From positions 800,001 to 864,000 of the forward strand of contig CAWHXY010000004.1 of assembly GCA_963833575.1 (NCBI GenBank): a stretch of 64,000 nucleotides of DNA. Reading direction: 5' to 3'. Numbering within the stretch: the first letter of the stretch is position 1; each line of letters begins with the position of its first letter. Position numbers and translations under genes: made by a program. Below the pieces are notes generated by a model that saw only the letters and a program-made list of their open reading frames with translations, was not told the origin of the DNA and made no database searches. Shown here piece after piece: positions 18,289-29,431 of the stretch. The stretch comes from Candidatus Bathyarchaeota archaeon (GTDB lineage Archaea > Thermoproteota > Bathyarchaeia > Bathyarchaeales > Bathycorpusculaceae).

Positions 18289-18855
18289 ATGGAAAAGCGG
18301 TATGAAGAATACGCTTACGTGTTAGACTTCTTGTCCCACGGTAAGCCTGGATTTCGCCCAACAGGACGGGCCGGTTATCGAGCGGGAGCTCTGATTCAGT
18401 GTATCGGAGAAGAATTCTTTACACTTTTAGAAGCTTTAGTCAAAGAAGGTTTAATGCTTAAGCCAGGAGACCGCGTATACGTTGGCAAAGATAGCCGACA
18501 AGAAGTCACCTATATCATCGGACGAATTGGCTTTGAAGAATTAACCGCCTCAGCCAAAGCTGAGCTCACCAGCGACATAGCTAAAATAGTCATAAATCGG
18601 GAAAAGTGGTTTGTAAACTTTTTCAACACAACACGCGCCATTACCCCTCGCATGCACGCCTTAGAACTTGTTCCAGGAATTGGAAAAAAATATATGTGGC
18701 AGGTAATTAACGAGAGAGAGCGCAAACCCTTTGAAAGTTTCGAAGATTTGCAGAAACGCACAGAGTTACCTAATCCAGTTAAATTAATCACCAAGCGTGT
18801 TATGGAAGAACTTGAAGGCGATAGCAAGTACCGTTTGTTCACAAGGGCACAATAA
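18289..18855 (+). CDS. DUF655 putative RNA-binding protein
   Basis: EEYAYVLDFL, FFN...RMHALELVPGIGKK. Confidence 0.9.
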   Translation: MEKRYEEYAYVLDFLSHGKPGFRPTGRAGYRAGALIQCIGEEFFTLLEALVKEGLMLKPGDRVYVGKDSRQEVTYIIGRIGFEELTASAKAELTSDIAKIVINREKWFVNFFNTTRAITPRMHALELVPGIGKKYMWQVINERERKPFESFEDLQKRTELPNPVKLITKRVMEELEGDSKYRLFTRAQ

Positions 18856-18865
18856 GGCATAAACG

Positions 18866-19684
18866 ATGAGCCTTGAAGAAACGAAGCAAATGCTTCGGAA
18901 ATACCGAATATCACCGAACAAGCTTCTGGGCCAAAACTTCATGGTAGACCATTCGCTCTACGATAAACTGTGCTCTTACGCCGAACTTGCCCGTTCGGAT
19001 GTGGTGTTGGATGCTGGTGCAGGTTTTGGCTTTCTGAGTCGCTTCATGGCTAACAAATGCAAAATGGTTATAGCTGCTGAAAAGGATCGGCAAGTTGCTG
19101 AAGTGCTTCGTGAACAAATCAAAGGAATCGGCAATGTGATTGTTGTAGAAGGCGATGTATTGAAAGCAACGCTACCTGAATTTAACAAGGTAATAGCCAT
19201 CCCGCCATACTACCTCTCCTCTCATCTTATAACATGGCTTCTTGAACGCAGATTCGACTGTGCAGTAATGATTTTGCAGAAAGAATTTTCCAATAGGCTT
19301 ATTGCCCCTGCAGGGAGCGAGGAATACGGTTGGTTAACGGTTGTGACCAATCAACGCGCCCAAGTTGAGCTTCTGGATGCGGTTCCAAAAGAGATGTTTT
19401 ACCCTCAACCGGACGTAGATTCAGTGATTCTTAGTTTGAAGCCTTGGAGTAAAACTCTGTTTGAAGTGAAAGATGCAGTGTTTTTCAAGCAAATGGTTAA
19501 GTGGCTTTTTACTCAGCGCAACAAAAAGTTAGGCAAAGCACTTGCGCCATTCCTCAAGACTACTTTAAAGTTAAGCAAGCAGGATGCAGAAAAACTAACT
19601 CTAACCTTGCCATATCATGATAAACGTGCAAGAGAGTTGCAGCCTAAAGATTTTGGAGAATTGGAAAATGTCATTCCCCGTTAA
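18866..19684 (+). CDS. rsmA: 16S rRNA dimethyltransferase KsgA/RsmA
   Basis: LGQNFMVD, DAGAGFG, PPYY, FYPQPDVDS. Confidence 0.93.
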   Translation: MSLEETKQMLRKYRISPNKLLGQNFMVDHSLYDKLCSYAELARSDVVLDAGAGFGFLSRFMANKCKMVIAAEKDRQVAEVLREQIKGIGNVIVVEGDVLKATLPEFNKVIAIPPYYLSSHLITWLLERRFDCAVMILQKEFSNRLIAPAGSEEYGWLTVVTNQRAQVELLDAVPKEMFYPQPDVDSVILSLKPWSKTLFEVKDAVFFKQMVKWLFTQRNKKLGKALAPFLKTTLKLSKQDAEKLTLTLPYHDKRARELQPKDFGELENVIPR

Positions 19685-20294
19685 GCGAGTGTATTTTGAA
19701 AAGCAAGCATTTGATGTTTGCGAGGACGTTTATGAGCCTGCCGAGGACTCTTTTCTCTTCGCCGAAAATCTCGAAATAGAACGAGGCGCTGAAGTTTTAG
19801 ATGTTGGAACTGGCTGCGGTATTCTTGGTATAGTAGCAGCCGAAAAAGGCGCAGATGTGATTGCAGTTGACTTAAGCCCTTACGCTATTCAATCTGCAAA
19901 AGAGAATGCATCGCTCAATAATGTACGAAATAAAATAACTTTCCTGCAGGCGGGTCTACTAACCGCTTTTAACGAGAAAGCCAGGTTTGATCTAATTCTC
20001 TTTAATGCACCGTATCTTCCTTCGGCCGAAGACGAAGCGGAAAGTTGGATTGGACGCAGTTGGGCCGGAGGAGTAAATGGTCGTAAAGTTATCGACCGGT
20101 TTATCTTTGAAGCGCCATCGCATTTGAAAGCCAACGGGCGAATTCTCATGATGCAGTCTACCCTTGCGAACGCTGAAGAAACCATTCAGAAATTTGCAGA
20201 ACAGCATTTGAAAGCGCAGATTAAAGCCAAACGTAAATTACCTTTCTTTGAAACTCTAACGCTCATAGAAGCAGGCTTCAGGGTTTCTCCTTAA
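19668..20294 (+). CDS. HemK2/Mtq2-type release factor glutamine methyltransferase
   Basis: VYEPAEDS, DVGTGCG, FNAPYLP, WAGG. Confidence 0.88.
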   Translation: MSFPVKRVYFEKQAFDVCEDVYEPAEDSFLFAENLEIERGAEVLDVGTGCGILGIVAAEKGADVIAVDLSPYAIQSAKENASLNNVRNKITFLQAGLLTAFNEKARFDLILFNAPYLPSAEDEAESWIGRSWAGGVNGRKVIDRFIFEAPSHLKANGRILMMQSTLANAEETIQKFAEQHLKAQIKAKRKLPFFETLTLIEAGFRVSP

Positions 20295-20448
20295 CAAGAA
20301 AAGAGGTTTCTTGGTAACCCAAATCAAAAAAATAGTTGAAATTTTCAACAGTGGTTTCGTAAACGAAATGAGACTTATTTTTCGGGGAGTTTTTGTGCTT
20401 ATGAAAAGCAAATAAAGGTATGTAGCATTGGTTTATTGGAGTGGTTAG

Positions 20449-20778
20449 ATGACGATTTGGGTTTACGTTAAAACAAGTGATGAACCGAAAGCTGTTGGAG
20501 ACATTGTCTGCAGCTTCAATGTTGCCGAAGGCATTCATCCGGGAGACAAATACTCTTGGATTATTGAAGCTGGGAAAGATGAGCCAGGCTATTGGGAGAT
20601 CAAAGGCAAATATGCGAAACTAAAAGACTTAACAGAAATAGGGATCGTTTACAGGATAGGCGACACAGTGGTTTTAGCTGAAATAGATGATGATTTGACT
20701 CCCGACTTCCTTGACCCCTTAATAACACAATACGGGTTTGACAACGTCAAGTGGATCGTTGTCCAAAAAATAAAGTAA
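20449..20778 (+). CDS. Hypothetical protein
   Basis: 109 aa ORF with GGAG/GTGG SD; no recognised motif. Confidence 0.65.
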   Translation: MTIWVYVKTSDEPKAVGDIVCSFNVAEGIHPGDKYSWIIEAGKDEPGYWEIKGKYAKLKDLTEIGIVYRIGDTVVLAEIDDDLTPDFLDPLITQYGFDNVKWIVVQKIK

Positions 20779-20824
20779 ACTTTCTTTTTTATTATTAATA
20801 AAAAGATTTCTTTTATGTCCTGCG

Positions 20825-21310
20825 TTATTGTTTGTCGTATTTTTCTACTTCATCATTCATAACAATTAATTCGACACATGCTTGTTTGAACATCTGTGTT
20901 GTATCGGCGTCGGCATGATAGCGTTTTTCGCAAACTACTTTCTTTATGCCCGCGTTAATTATTATCATTGCACAAGTTCTGCAAGGCGTCATTTTACAAT
21001 AAAGTGTTGATCCTTCAAGGGGTATCCCAAACCTAGCTGCTTGAATGATCGCGTTTTGCTCCGCATGTAGCGTGCGCACGCAATGCTGAGTTACATTACC
21101 GTTACTGTCTAATACTTTGCGCATGTCATGGCCGGCTTCATCGCAGTGAGGTAATCCAGCAGGGGCACCAACATAACCAGTGGTCATAATTCGCTTGTCC
21201 TTGACAATGACACAGCCGCTTCTCCCACGGTCGCAGGTCGCTCGTTTAGCCACTGCTTCGCATAAGTCTAAAAAATATCTGTCCCAATTGGGTCTTGAAT
21301 TGCTGTCCAA
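20825..21310 (-). CDS. dCMP deaminase (ComEB-like)
   Basis: HAEQNA and PCRTC zinc motifs. Confidence 0.92.
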   Translation of the reverse strand: MDSNSRPNWDRYFLDLCEAVAKRATCDRGRSGCVIVKDKRIMTTGYVGAPAGLPHCDEAGHDMRKVLDSNGNVTQHCVRTLHAEQNAIIQAARFGIPLEGSTLYCKMTPCRTCAMIIINAGIKKVVCEKRYHADADTTQMFKQACVELIVMNDEVEKYDKQ

Positions 21311-21386
21311 TGTTCCTCAGCCTCAAATCTTTTAGGACATAGTTCATCACAACAAATTAATAAATCATATCTTGGAAAAATACAAG

Positions 21387-22685
21387 TTATTTTCGGCAGA
21401 TATGAATTTGTCTTCCGATTTTGTGTCGTTCATCAACTTCAATTAAAGAATACATATCGGTTAATTCTTGAACATTCTTAGAGTCTTGAGAAAACATGTC
21501 TTTCGAAAAAGGTTGAACTAATTTGAATCCTGTTTTCTCAAGTTTCACAGCAATAGGCATAGTTACTGATTGTCCGGAACGAGTCATGATGTAGGGCGTT
21601 ACAAGAACTAGTCGTCCATTCTCTTTTAGCACTCTATATGCTTGTTCAGCTAAACCGAAGAACAGGGGCGTAAGCTTCTCAATAATTTTTTGAGCGTACG
21701 GTCCTGTAGGCACTTGACGTAACGCTGGACCCAAATCAGGCTCTGTTACAATACAATCAACTGTTTCTTGTCCTACCTTCTGTGCCAATCTACTAACGTC
21801 ACCCTGCAGCACTCTAAACTCCGCATTTTCAAGGCTATATTCTTTTTTTATCCAATCAAGATTTTCGTTTGATGCCTTGACACACCAAGGATTTACATCT
21901 ACACCAACGACATTTGCTCCTTCCAGTAAGGCTTCTTGAAGGACAGTGCCTACACCGCAAAACGGGTCAAGCAAAACTTTGCCTGGTGTACAAGAGGATA
22001 AGTTCACCATTATTCTGGCAATCCTTGGTGGCATACCGAAAATTTTTCGTTGTACTGGTTTGTATACGTCTCTTTTTTGAAATTCAAATGGATTGTGAAC
22101 TGCGATAGTTTGAGCTATCCATGTTTCTTCTCTGCCAATGCATAGCAGTACTTCTGACTTGTTTTCGACTAGGTTCTTCTTTAAAACTTCTACATGACTT
22201 AGTTGCGCAGCTTTTCTGTCTTTAGAAAAACCCATGAACTTTGATTTCTTGCCATACCCTTTCAACTCATCTTTTATTGCGCTTCCGACAAACCGTTGAA
22301 TGATCCCTGAGAAAGGGCGTACTGGATTTTCAGCGCAGTATACACTTACTCCAAAAAACAGCTTTTCAGCAGATTTGTTTATTTCTTCAACTAAACTGCT
22401 TGCTGCTAACGTTTCGGTTATTTCTGATTGAGCTTGCTTATTTTTGTCAAGAAATGCTTCTTTAATAATTTGAGTTGAAGTTTTTGTTTTCTCTTCTCCA
22501 ATTTTTATTGTTCCACCTAAATTTGGCATCGCGGAAGCGTCAAAGCCGTTTTCAAAGTTAAACGTAAAGAATTCCTTGGAGGAAAATTCTACCTCAAATT
22601 TGACTTCTCTCGCTTTTAGGTAAGCGGTTAGCTCTGCTAGAGAGAGTTTCCAGTTTTTTCCTGAAATGAATAATATTGTTTGCAT
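21387..22685 (-). CDS. Trm11-like SAM-dependent RNA methyltransferase
   Basis: MPPRIARIMVNL, DPFCGVGT, VTEPDLG. Confidence 0.8.
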   Translation of the reverse strand: MQTILFISGKNWKLSLAELTAYLKAREVKFEVEFSSKEFFTFNFENGFDASAMPNLGGTIKIGEEKTKTSTQIIKEAFLDKNKQAQSEITETLAASSLVEEINKSAEKLFFGVSVYCAENPVRPFSGIIQRFVGSAIKDELKGYGKKSKFMGFSKDRKAAQLSHVEVLKKNLVENKSEVLLCIGREETWIAQTIAVHNPFEFQKRDVYKPVQRKIFGMPPRIARIMVNLSSCTPGKVLLDPFCGVGTVLQEALLEGANVVGVDVNPWCVKASNENLDWIKKEYSLENAEFRVLQGDVSRLAQKVGQETVDCIVTEPDLGPALRQVPTGPYAQKIIEKLTPLFFGLAEQAYRVLKENGRLVLVTPYIMTRSGQSVTMPIAVKLEKTGFKLVQPFSKDMFSQDSKNVQELTDMYSLIEVDERHKIGRQIHICRK

Positions 22686-22852
22686 CTGGAAGATGAAGAG
22701 TTACTTAAGTATATAAGAAGTGACGCCCCGTTATGACTAGAAATGCGTTTGCTATCTTTACAATCTTAAATTGAAAAGACACATAAGCTTATATGAAATG
22801 TTACAAATCGTTTAAATACCGCTAAATGAGTATGCTAAAAAGGGACGTTTCC

Positions 22853-23410
22853 ATGCACGCAAAAAATTATAGGCACGTGAAAAATCGAGCCTACACAAGA
22901 AAAGAATATGCTAGAGGTTTTCCACCACCAAAAATAGTGAAGTTCACCATGGGCGATACTAAGGGAACCTTTGAAGTTGAAGGGAAACTTATCGCTTTGG
23001 AACGAGCTCAAATACGCCACAGTGCACTTGAAGCAATGCGTGTAGCCACGAACCGTATCCTAATGGACAAATTAATTAATGATTATCTTATGGTTGTTAA
23101 TCTTTATCCTCACATTATTCTAAGAGAAAACAAAATGATTTTCGGCGCTCACGCTGACCGACTTCAACAAGGAATGAGACGTTCTTTCGGAACAGCGATT
23201 GGTACTGCAGCAAAAGTTGAAGTTGACCAAGTCATAGAAACGGTTAAAGTAAAAGCGTCAGCTGCTGAGACAGCCAAAGAATCTCTCAAAAGAGGAAGTG
23301 CAAAACTTCCAATTCCCTGCAAAATAGTTATCTCCAAAATTGTAGCTCCTCCAGAAGTAGACTCAGCTGACGAAGCTGAGAACGCGGAACCGGAGACGGA
23401 GACGGCTTGA
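22853..23410 (+). CDS. rpl10e: 50S ribosomal protein uL16 (L10e)
   Basis: YTRKEY, QIRHSALEA, ADRLQQGMRRSFG. Confidence 0.96.
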   Translation: MHAKNYRHVKNRAYTRKEYARGFPPPKIVKFTMGDTKGTFEVEGKLIALERAQIRHSALEAMRVATNRILMDKLINDYLMVVNLYPHIILRENKMIFGAHADRLQQGMRRSFGTAIGTAAKVEVDQVIETVKVKASAAETAKESLKRGSAKLPIPCKIVISKIVAPPEVDSADEAENAEPETETA

Positions 23411-25839
23411 GCGTCAAAGGGAAAGAACTGGTTTTATGGTTTGATGAAGTAAGAAAAGAAGACATTCCTGTTGTTGGAGGCAAGAACTCCAGCCTAGGCG
23501 AAATGATTAATGCAGGACTCCCTGTTCCACCCGGTTTTGCAGTAACAGCTTATTCCTACGAAAAATACATCGAAGAAAAGCGTATAGCTGAACAAATATA
23601 CAAAATTATTAAAGAAACAGTCACAAACCCAAACGATCCAAAACAGTATGACGTGGCATCTAAGAAAATCCGTGAACTGATGGAAAAAACTCCAATGCCC
23701 AAAGACATCGAAACTGCCATAAGAACTGCTTACAAAGAACTAAATGAGCGCCTAAAGTTAAAAGACACTTTTGTTGCCGTCCGATCAAGTGCGACAGCAG
23801 AAGATTTACCAGATGCATCATTTGCGGGTCAACAAGAAACTTACCTTAACGTTAGAGGGCCAGAAGACCTTCTACTAAAAGTAATTAAATGCTGGTCAAG
23901 CCTCTTTACTCCACGCGCGATATTTTACCGAACCGAAAAAGGATTCCCTCATGAAAAAGTATTCATAAGTGTGGGCGTCCAAAAAATGGTCAACTCGGGA
24001 TGCGCCGGAGTCATGTTCACAATAAACCCTGTAACAGGGAATAAAGATGAAATTGTCATTGAAGGCAACTACGGTTTAGGTGAAACCGTCGTTTCAGGCG
24101 TGGTTAACCCTGACGATTTTGTAGTCGACAAGGCTACTGAGACAATTAAAGAAAGAAGAATTGAACGCAAAACAATAGAGTACATTCGTGATCCCAAAAC
24201 TGGCAAGACGGTACACTTGGATGTTCCTTTAGATAAACAAAAAGTAACTTGCATAAATGATCAGGAAATTTTAAAGTTAGCACAGCTTGCCAAACAAATT
24301 GAGAAACATTATGGCAAACCCATGGATATTGAATGGGCAATTGATCAAGATCTGCCTTATCCTGAAAACATGTTTATAGTTCAAGCTCGGCCAGAAACAA
24401 TTTTTGGCACAAAAGAAATGGAAGCACCTAAAATGGATGATACAAGAGCCCAGGAACAATTAAAAGTAATAGTCAGAGGTATTTCAGCTGGAAGAAGAGG
24501 CTACGGTGTAGGCAAAGCAACTGTTGTCCTCAACCCCGATGACGCAAACAGAGACATGAAAAAAGGCGACATTCTCGTAACAGGCATGACCGACCCTGAC
24601 TTTGTACCATTCATGAAAATGGCAAGTGCCATAGTTACCGACAAAGGCGGAATCACATCTCACGCAGCAATTGTAAGCCGAGAACTTAACATTCCCTGCG
24701 TTGTAGGAACCGAAACAGCCACACAAGTCATGAAAACTGGCAAAGAATACACTGTCGACTCACGAAACGGCGTAATTTATGAAGGCATAATCGCTCAAGC
24801 CGTTCAACCAGCCGCAGGAAATAATGAGTCAGGCATGGTCGTGCAAGGAGCAGAAGCTGCTCCAGTTACAGCTACAAGAATCTACATGAATCTGGGAACT
24901 CCAGAAATGATCGAACAATACAAAAATCTGCCGTTCGAAGGCATCGGCTTAATGCGAACCGAGTTCATCCTTGCAAGCGCCATAGGACAACATCCAATGG
25001 CATTTGTTGACGCAGGCCAAAGCCAACAATTCGTCGACAAACTAGCTGATGGCATAGCTACGGTGGCACGCGTAATTCAGCCCAAACCAGTTGTTGTGCG
25101 ATTAAGTGACTTTAAAACTAACGAATACCGCGGCTTGAAAGGCGGAGAAAAATACGAAATCGTGGAAGAAAACCCAATGTTAGGTTGGAGAGGTTGCAGC
25201 CGCTACATCAGCAAATGGTATGACAAAGCATTCAGACTGGAATGCCAAGCCATCAAAAAATGTCGCACAGAATGGGCTCTGAAAAACGTTTATGTTATGC
25301 TTCCAATGGTACGCACTCTCTGGGAAGCCCGAAAAGTTCTCGACATAATGAAAGAAGAAGGCTTAGAACGCTCACGTGACTTCAAGATATGGTTTATGGC
25401 CGAAACACCTTCAATAGGCATAATGGCTGACGAATTCTCAAAGCTAGTTGACGGTTTCTCAATAGGCTCAAACGACATGACCCAAGGCGTACTAATGATC
25501 GACCGTGACTCCGAACGCCTAGGACAAATGGGCTACTTTGACGAAAGAGACCCAGCAGTCAAAAGAATCATTGCGCACCTAATCAAAGCCGCTCACGAAA
25601 ACGGATGTACCGTATCCATCTGCGGTGAAGGGCCATCAAACTATCCAGACTTCGCAGAATTTCTGGTCCGCGTCGGAATCGACAGCATATCCGTAAACAA
25701 TGACGCCGTTATTGTAACAAGAAAGAATGTTGCAAGCATAGAACAAAAAATAATTCTCGAACGCCTCGCCGAGCAAGCTGCAATAGCACGCGGACAACCA
25801 CTTAAAAAACCAACCCCAGACTGGGAATGGCCGCGCTAA
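23407..25839 (+). CDS. ppsA: Phosphoenolpyruvate synthase
   Basis: VGGKNSSLGE, RSSATAED...SFAGQQET, GGITSHAAIVSRE, SIGSNDMTQ. Confidence 0.97.
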   Translation: MSVKGKELVLWFDEVRKEDIPVVGGKNSSLGEMINAGLPVPPGFAVTAYSYEKYIEEKRIAEQIYKIIKETVTNPNDPKQYDVASKKIRELMEKTPMPKDIETAIRTAYKELNERLKLKDTFVAVRSSATAEDLPDASFAGQQETYLNVRGPEDLLLKVIKCWSSLFTPRAIFYRTEKGFPHEKVFISVGVQKMVNSGCAGVMFTINPVTGNKDEIVIEGNYGLGETVVSGVVNPDDFVVDKATETIKERRIERKTIEYIRDPKTGKTVHLDVPLDKQKVTCINDQEILKLAQLAKQIEKHYGKPMDIEWAIDQDLPYPENMFIVQARPETIFGTKEMEAPKMDDTRAQEQLKVIVRGISAGRRGYGVGKATVVLNPDDANRDMKKGDILVTGMTDPDFVPFMKMASAIVTDKGGITSHAAIVSRELNIPCVVGTETATQVMKTGKEYTVDSRNGVIYEGIIAQAVQPAAGNNESGMVVQGAEAAPVTATRIYMNLGTPEMIEQYKNLPFEGIGLMRTEFILASAIGQHPMAFVDAGQSQQFVDKLADGIATVARVIQPKPVVVRLSDFKTNEYRGLKGGEKYEIVEENPMLGWRGCSRYISKWYDKAFRLECQAIKKCRTEWALKNVYVMLPMVRTLWEARKVLDIMKEEGLERSRDFKIWFMAETPSIGIMADEFSKLVDGFSIGSNDMTQGVLMIDRDSERLGQMGYFDERDPAVKRIIAHLIKAAHENGCTVSICGEGPSNYPDFAEFLVRVGIDSISVNNDAVIVTRKNVASIEQKIILERLAEQAAIARGQPLKKPTPDWEWPR

Positions 25840-25918
25840 CACAAAGGCAAAAATCAACCAACATCTTATTTCCTTATCTTTTAGTTTTCATATTTTCCGT
25901 CACTGGTGAGAGCGCTAT

Positions 25919-26920
25919 TTGAAAGGATTTGATTTTGAGGAAGAACGCATTAAACAAGAAATTGGCAAAATTTGCGCCAAACGAGTATTGTTGCAATTCC
26001 CAGAAGGACTTAAACCTGAAGGTCCGCGCATTGCGAAAATAGTTGAGAAAGAAGGAGCCATACCAATAATCTCTGCAGACCCATGCTACGGTGCATGCGA
26101 CATAGCTATCAATGAAGCCGAAAGCTTGGGCGTAGATTTGATTGTACACTTTGGGCATGCCAAGCTCACAACTTATGACAAGACTCCAACAATTTATGTT
26201 GAAGCGAGAGCAACAGTGGCTGTTAAGGAGGCTGTTAAGCAATCCTTATTACTTCTACAAAATTATTTCCGCATTGGTTTAGCAACTTCAGTTCAACATT
26301 TACACGAGTTAAGTAACGCAAAAGACATTTTAGTTCAAGCTGGAAAAAAGGTGTTTATCGGCAATAACGGTCAGAATATTTATCCAGGCCAGGTCATAGG
26401 TTGCAACTATAGTAATGCGCAATCCATTGACAAAGATGTAGACGCTTTTCTTTTTGTGGGCGGTGGGATGTTTCATGCTTTGGGAATTGCTTTAAGCACT
26501 TCAAAACCAACTTTCGTAGCAGACCCATATGATAGTCGAGCTTTTTCAATTAATGATGAAGCCCAAAAAATCCTCAAACAACGCTGGACATGCATTCAAG
26601 AATCGCAAAATGCTAAAACATTCGGGATTCTAGTAGGTTCGAAACAAGGCCAAAAACGGTTTGACCAAGCTTTAAGCATCAAAGCGTTGGCAAATAAACA
26701 TGACAAAGAAGTTTATCTTTTGATTTCTAGAGAGATAAATCCTGAAACGCTTTTGGAATTTCCATCCATTGACGCATACGTAAATACGGCATGCCCCAGA
26801 ATATCTCTTGAGGCGCCGCAAAAGTTTTCAAAACCTGTTTTAACTGTTAATGAGTTCATGGTTGTTTGTGGCGAGTATTCATGGGAGAGCCTGCTCAAAA
26901 AAGGATTATTCGAAAATTAG
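25919..26920 (+). CDS. dph2: Diphthamide synthesis enzyme Dph2
   Basis: LQFPEGLK, CYGACD, GCN, TACPR. Confidence 0.95.
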   Translation: MKGFDFEEERIKQEIGKICAKRVLLQFPEGLKPEGPRIAKIVEKEGAIPIISADPCYGACDIAINEAESLGVDLIVHFGHAKLTTYDKTPTIYVEARATVAVKEAVKQSLLLLQNYFRIGLATSVQHLHELSNAKDILVQAGKKVFIGNNGQNIYPGQVIGCNYSNAQSIDKDVDAFLFVGGGMFHALGIALSTSKPTFVADPYDSRAFSINDEAQKILKQRWTCIQESQNAKTFGILVGSKQGQKRFDQALSIKALANKHDKEVYLLISREINPETLLEFPSIDAYVNTACPRISLEAPQKFSKPVLTVNEFMVVCGEYSWESLLKKGLFEN

Positions 26921-27585
26921 ATTTAGAGCTCTTTCTCTCGAAAATTGCTCCTCAGCCTACTCCACAGGTGAGTTTTGAACAATACACTATTTCTGAGTCG
27001 GTTGCATCAACCATGCTGTACCTAGCGGCTTACACAAATAATGATATTGTTGGAAAAAAAGTGGTTGATTTAGGCTGTGGAACAGGCAGACTTGCTATTG
27101 GCGCGTCTTATCTTGGCGCAAAAACAGTTGTTGGGATTGACTTTGATAAGTTGGCTATAAAAACTGCAGTGAAAAACTCGTTAGAAACTGGTTTATCCAA
27201 AAAAGTTCAATGGGTTAATGGTGATATCCATTCCGTTATGGGCAATTTTGACACGGTTTTACAAAACCCACCTTTTGGGGTCCAAAAACGTAAGGCTGAC
27301 AGAGCATTTTTAGTAAAGGCTTTGGAAGTTGGTAGTTCCATTTATTCTTTACATAATCATCCAGAGACCGATATGCGGTTAATTAAGCAGCTTAAGTCAA
27401 GTGGCGGCTTTTTGCAGGTTTCGCCTTCGCCCTTCTTGGAGAGGTTTGTTTCACAGCATAATGGATTCGTAAAATCAGTTTATACTATGCTTATGACTAT
27501 ACCTCGCATGTTTGATTTTCACACGAAGCTTAAGCACGATTTTGTTGTTGACCTGTATTTTATCAAAAATGTCAGCGATAAATAG
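26881..27585 (+). CDS. METTL5-family RNA methyltransferase
   Basis: EQYT, DLGCGTGRL, QNPPFG. Confidence 0.9.
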   Translation: MGEPAQKRIIRKLDLELFLSKIAPQPTPQVSFEQYTISESVASTMLYLAAYTNNDIVGKKVVDLGCGTGRLAIGASYLGAKTVVGIDFDKLAIKTAVKNSLETGLSKKVQWVNGDIHSVMGNFDTVLQNPPFGVQKRKADRAFLVKALEVGSSIYSLHNHPETDMRLIKQLKSSGGFLQVSPSPFLERFVSQHNGFVKSVYTMLMTIPRMFDFHTKLKHDFVVDLYFIKNVSDK

Positions 27586-27708
27586 CATTTTCCGTAGTAG
27601 AATTAGAGTTAATTTGTGTATTCATCAAAAGGTTTATTGATGGGCATGGAAACTTAGGATATGCATTATCACAAGGGTTCAGCTTATTTAACATAAAAGG
27701 GAATTATC

Positions 27709-28293
27709 ATGACTTTAAACTCACCCGAACAAAAAACTGGGCGTTTAGTGGTGCCTGGAGAACGCTTAGGCGTTATTGAAGAGTTTATTCCAGACTCCGG
27801 AACATACGTTAAAGACGGTGTTATCTACTCTAAAGTAATAGGTCGAGCTTTAATCGACTTACAAAACAGACGTGTTTCAGTTTATCCACTCGTTAAAGAT
27901 GAACTTGTCCCGAAAGCTTCAAGCATCGTTATAGGGCAAATTGGTAATGCTCAATCAGATAACGTCTTAGTAAAAATCTTTAAGTTAAACAACAAAAATC
28001 TCTCGGGCGAATTCAGCGGTATCTTGCATGTTTCCGACGTTTCTGATAGGTATGTCGATATGATGAGTGATGTCGTTAAGCCTGGTGACATTGTTAGAGC
28101 TAAAGTTATTAGTTCAAAAAACCGCGTTTATCATCTGTCAACTAACGACAAGAACTTAGGAATAATGTACGCTTTTTGTTCTCGATGCAGCACTCTGCTG
28201 GAACACCAGCGCTATGATGAATTGCGTTGTCCAAAATGCGGCAACATAGAAAAACGTAAAATTTCGCCAGATTATGGAAAAGAACCGTTATAA
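27709..28293 (+). CDS. csl4: Exosome RNA-binding subunit Csl4
   Basis: VVPGERLG, S1 domain (KPGDIVRAKV), C-terminal Zn ribbon. Confidence 0.95.
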   Translation: MTLNSPEQKTGRLVVPGERLGVIEEFIPDSGTYVKDGVIYSKVIGRALIDLQNRRVSVYPLVKDELVPKASSIVIGQIGNAQSDNVLVKIFKLNNKNLSGEFSGILHVSDVSDRYVDMMSDVVKPGDIVRAKVISSKNRVYHLSTNDKNLGIMYAFCSRCSTLLEHQRYDELRCPKCGNIEKRKISPDYGKEPL

Positions 28294-28307
28294 CAAAGGA
28301 GAAATGA

Positions 28308-28592
28308 TTGATGAAAATAAAAGTACTAACACGATCGGGTAATGAGCTTAAAATTGAAATTGAAGGCGGCACGCACGGTATTTGTAACCTCGTTCAGAAG
28401 AGACTTCTAGAGGATAAAACTGTTGAGTTTGCTGGTTATGATGTTCCGCATCCTTTGGCGTCAAGCCCTGTTATTTATGTTAGGATGAAAGGTGACACTA
28501 AGCCTGAAGCTGCCTTAATCAAGGCTGTTGAAAAGGTTCGCGAGACAAATGATGCTTTTAGCAAAGAGTTAGATCGTGTTCTAAAGCCTTAA
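28308..28592 (+). CDS. rpo11: RNA polymerase subunit Rpo11 (L)
   Basis: FAGYDVPHPL; synteny with csl4. Confidence 0.93.
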   Translation: MMKIKVLTRSGNELKIEIEGGTHGICNLVQKRLLEDKTVEFAGYDVPHPLASSPVIYVRMKGDTKPEAALIKAVEKVRETNDAFSKELDRVLKP

Positions 28593-28778
28593 TTATTTCA
28601 TTAAATTTTCCTCAAGTTTTCTTGTCAAATTGATTCTTTTTCGATCCATTAGAGCCCGTTAAGTTTCTAGGTTTTCTTATGATTAATTCCCCAAAATAAT
28701 CAGGTTTTCAAAGTTATGTCTAATTGATTGATGTCTAAATTTAAAAGTAAAATAAACATTATCATTTTAAGGTAAAAG

Positions 28779-29357
28779 TTGGAAGCTAAAGAGTTTCGAG
28801 CTATAAAATCTGAAATCCGCGTGCTCGGAGTAGATGATGGCAAATTTGTTCCGCGCACACAAGGAAACGTATTGATTGTTGGAGTTGTCTTGCGAGGCGG
28901 CTGTTGGCTCGAAGGAGTAATGCATACTAGCGTTGCAATTGATGGTTTTGACTCCACTGAACAGATAGAGTTAATGATTAACAGTTCATCACACTGCAAG
29001 CAATTGCGTTTGGTTATGTTAAATGGGATAACATTTGGTGGCTTTAACATAGTTGATATCAACAAGCTCAGTTTAGCGACAAGCCTTCCAGTTATAGCCT
29101 TGATGCGTAAAAAACCTGATCTGGACGCGATTCGTAAGGCGCTTAATAATTTGCCCCGAGGTGATGAACGCTTGAAAATGATTCTTGCCGCTGGAAAACT
29201 TCTAGAGGTAAAGTGCAGAGGCAAGAGTATTTACATGGAGATAGCTAGGATTTCTGAAAGTGACGCTAGAAAGGTTGTTGAGTTAACGGCGACAAGAAGC
29301 CTGATTCCTGAACCTTTGCGGGTTGCACATCTGATTGCATCAGGAGTTACTACTTGA
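28779..29357 (+). CDS. DUF99 / UPF0215 protein (endonuclease V-like fold)
   Basis: IRVLGVDDG, GITFGGFNIVD, IPEPLRVAHLIA. Confidence 0.9.
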   Translation: MEAKEFRAIKSEIRVLGVDDGKFVPRTQGNVLIVGVVLRGGCWLEGVMHTSVAIDGFDSTEQIELMINSSSHCKQLRLVMLNGITFGGFNIVDINKLSLATSLPVIALMRKKPDLDAIRKALNNLPRGDERLKMILAAGKLLEVKCRGKSIYMEIARISESDARKVVELTATRSLIPEPLRVAHLIASGVTT

Positions 29358-29431
29358 TTAGGTCCGAATTAGAAAAAGTTTAAAAGGTACAATGCTAAGG
29401 GAATCCGAAACGGATAGAGAAGTGACGGTAT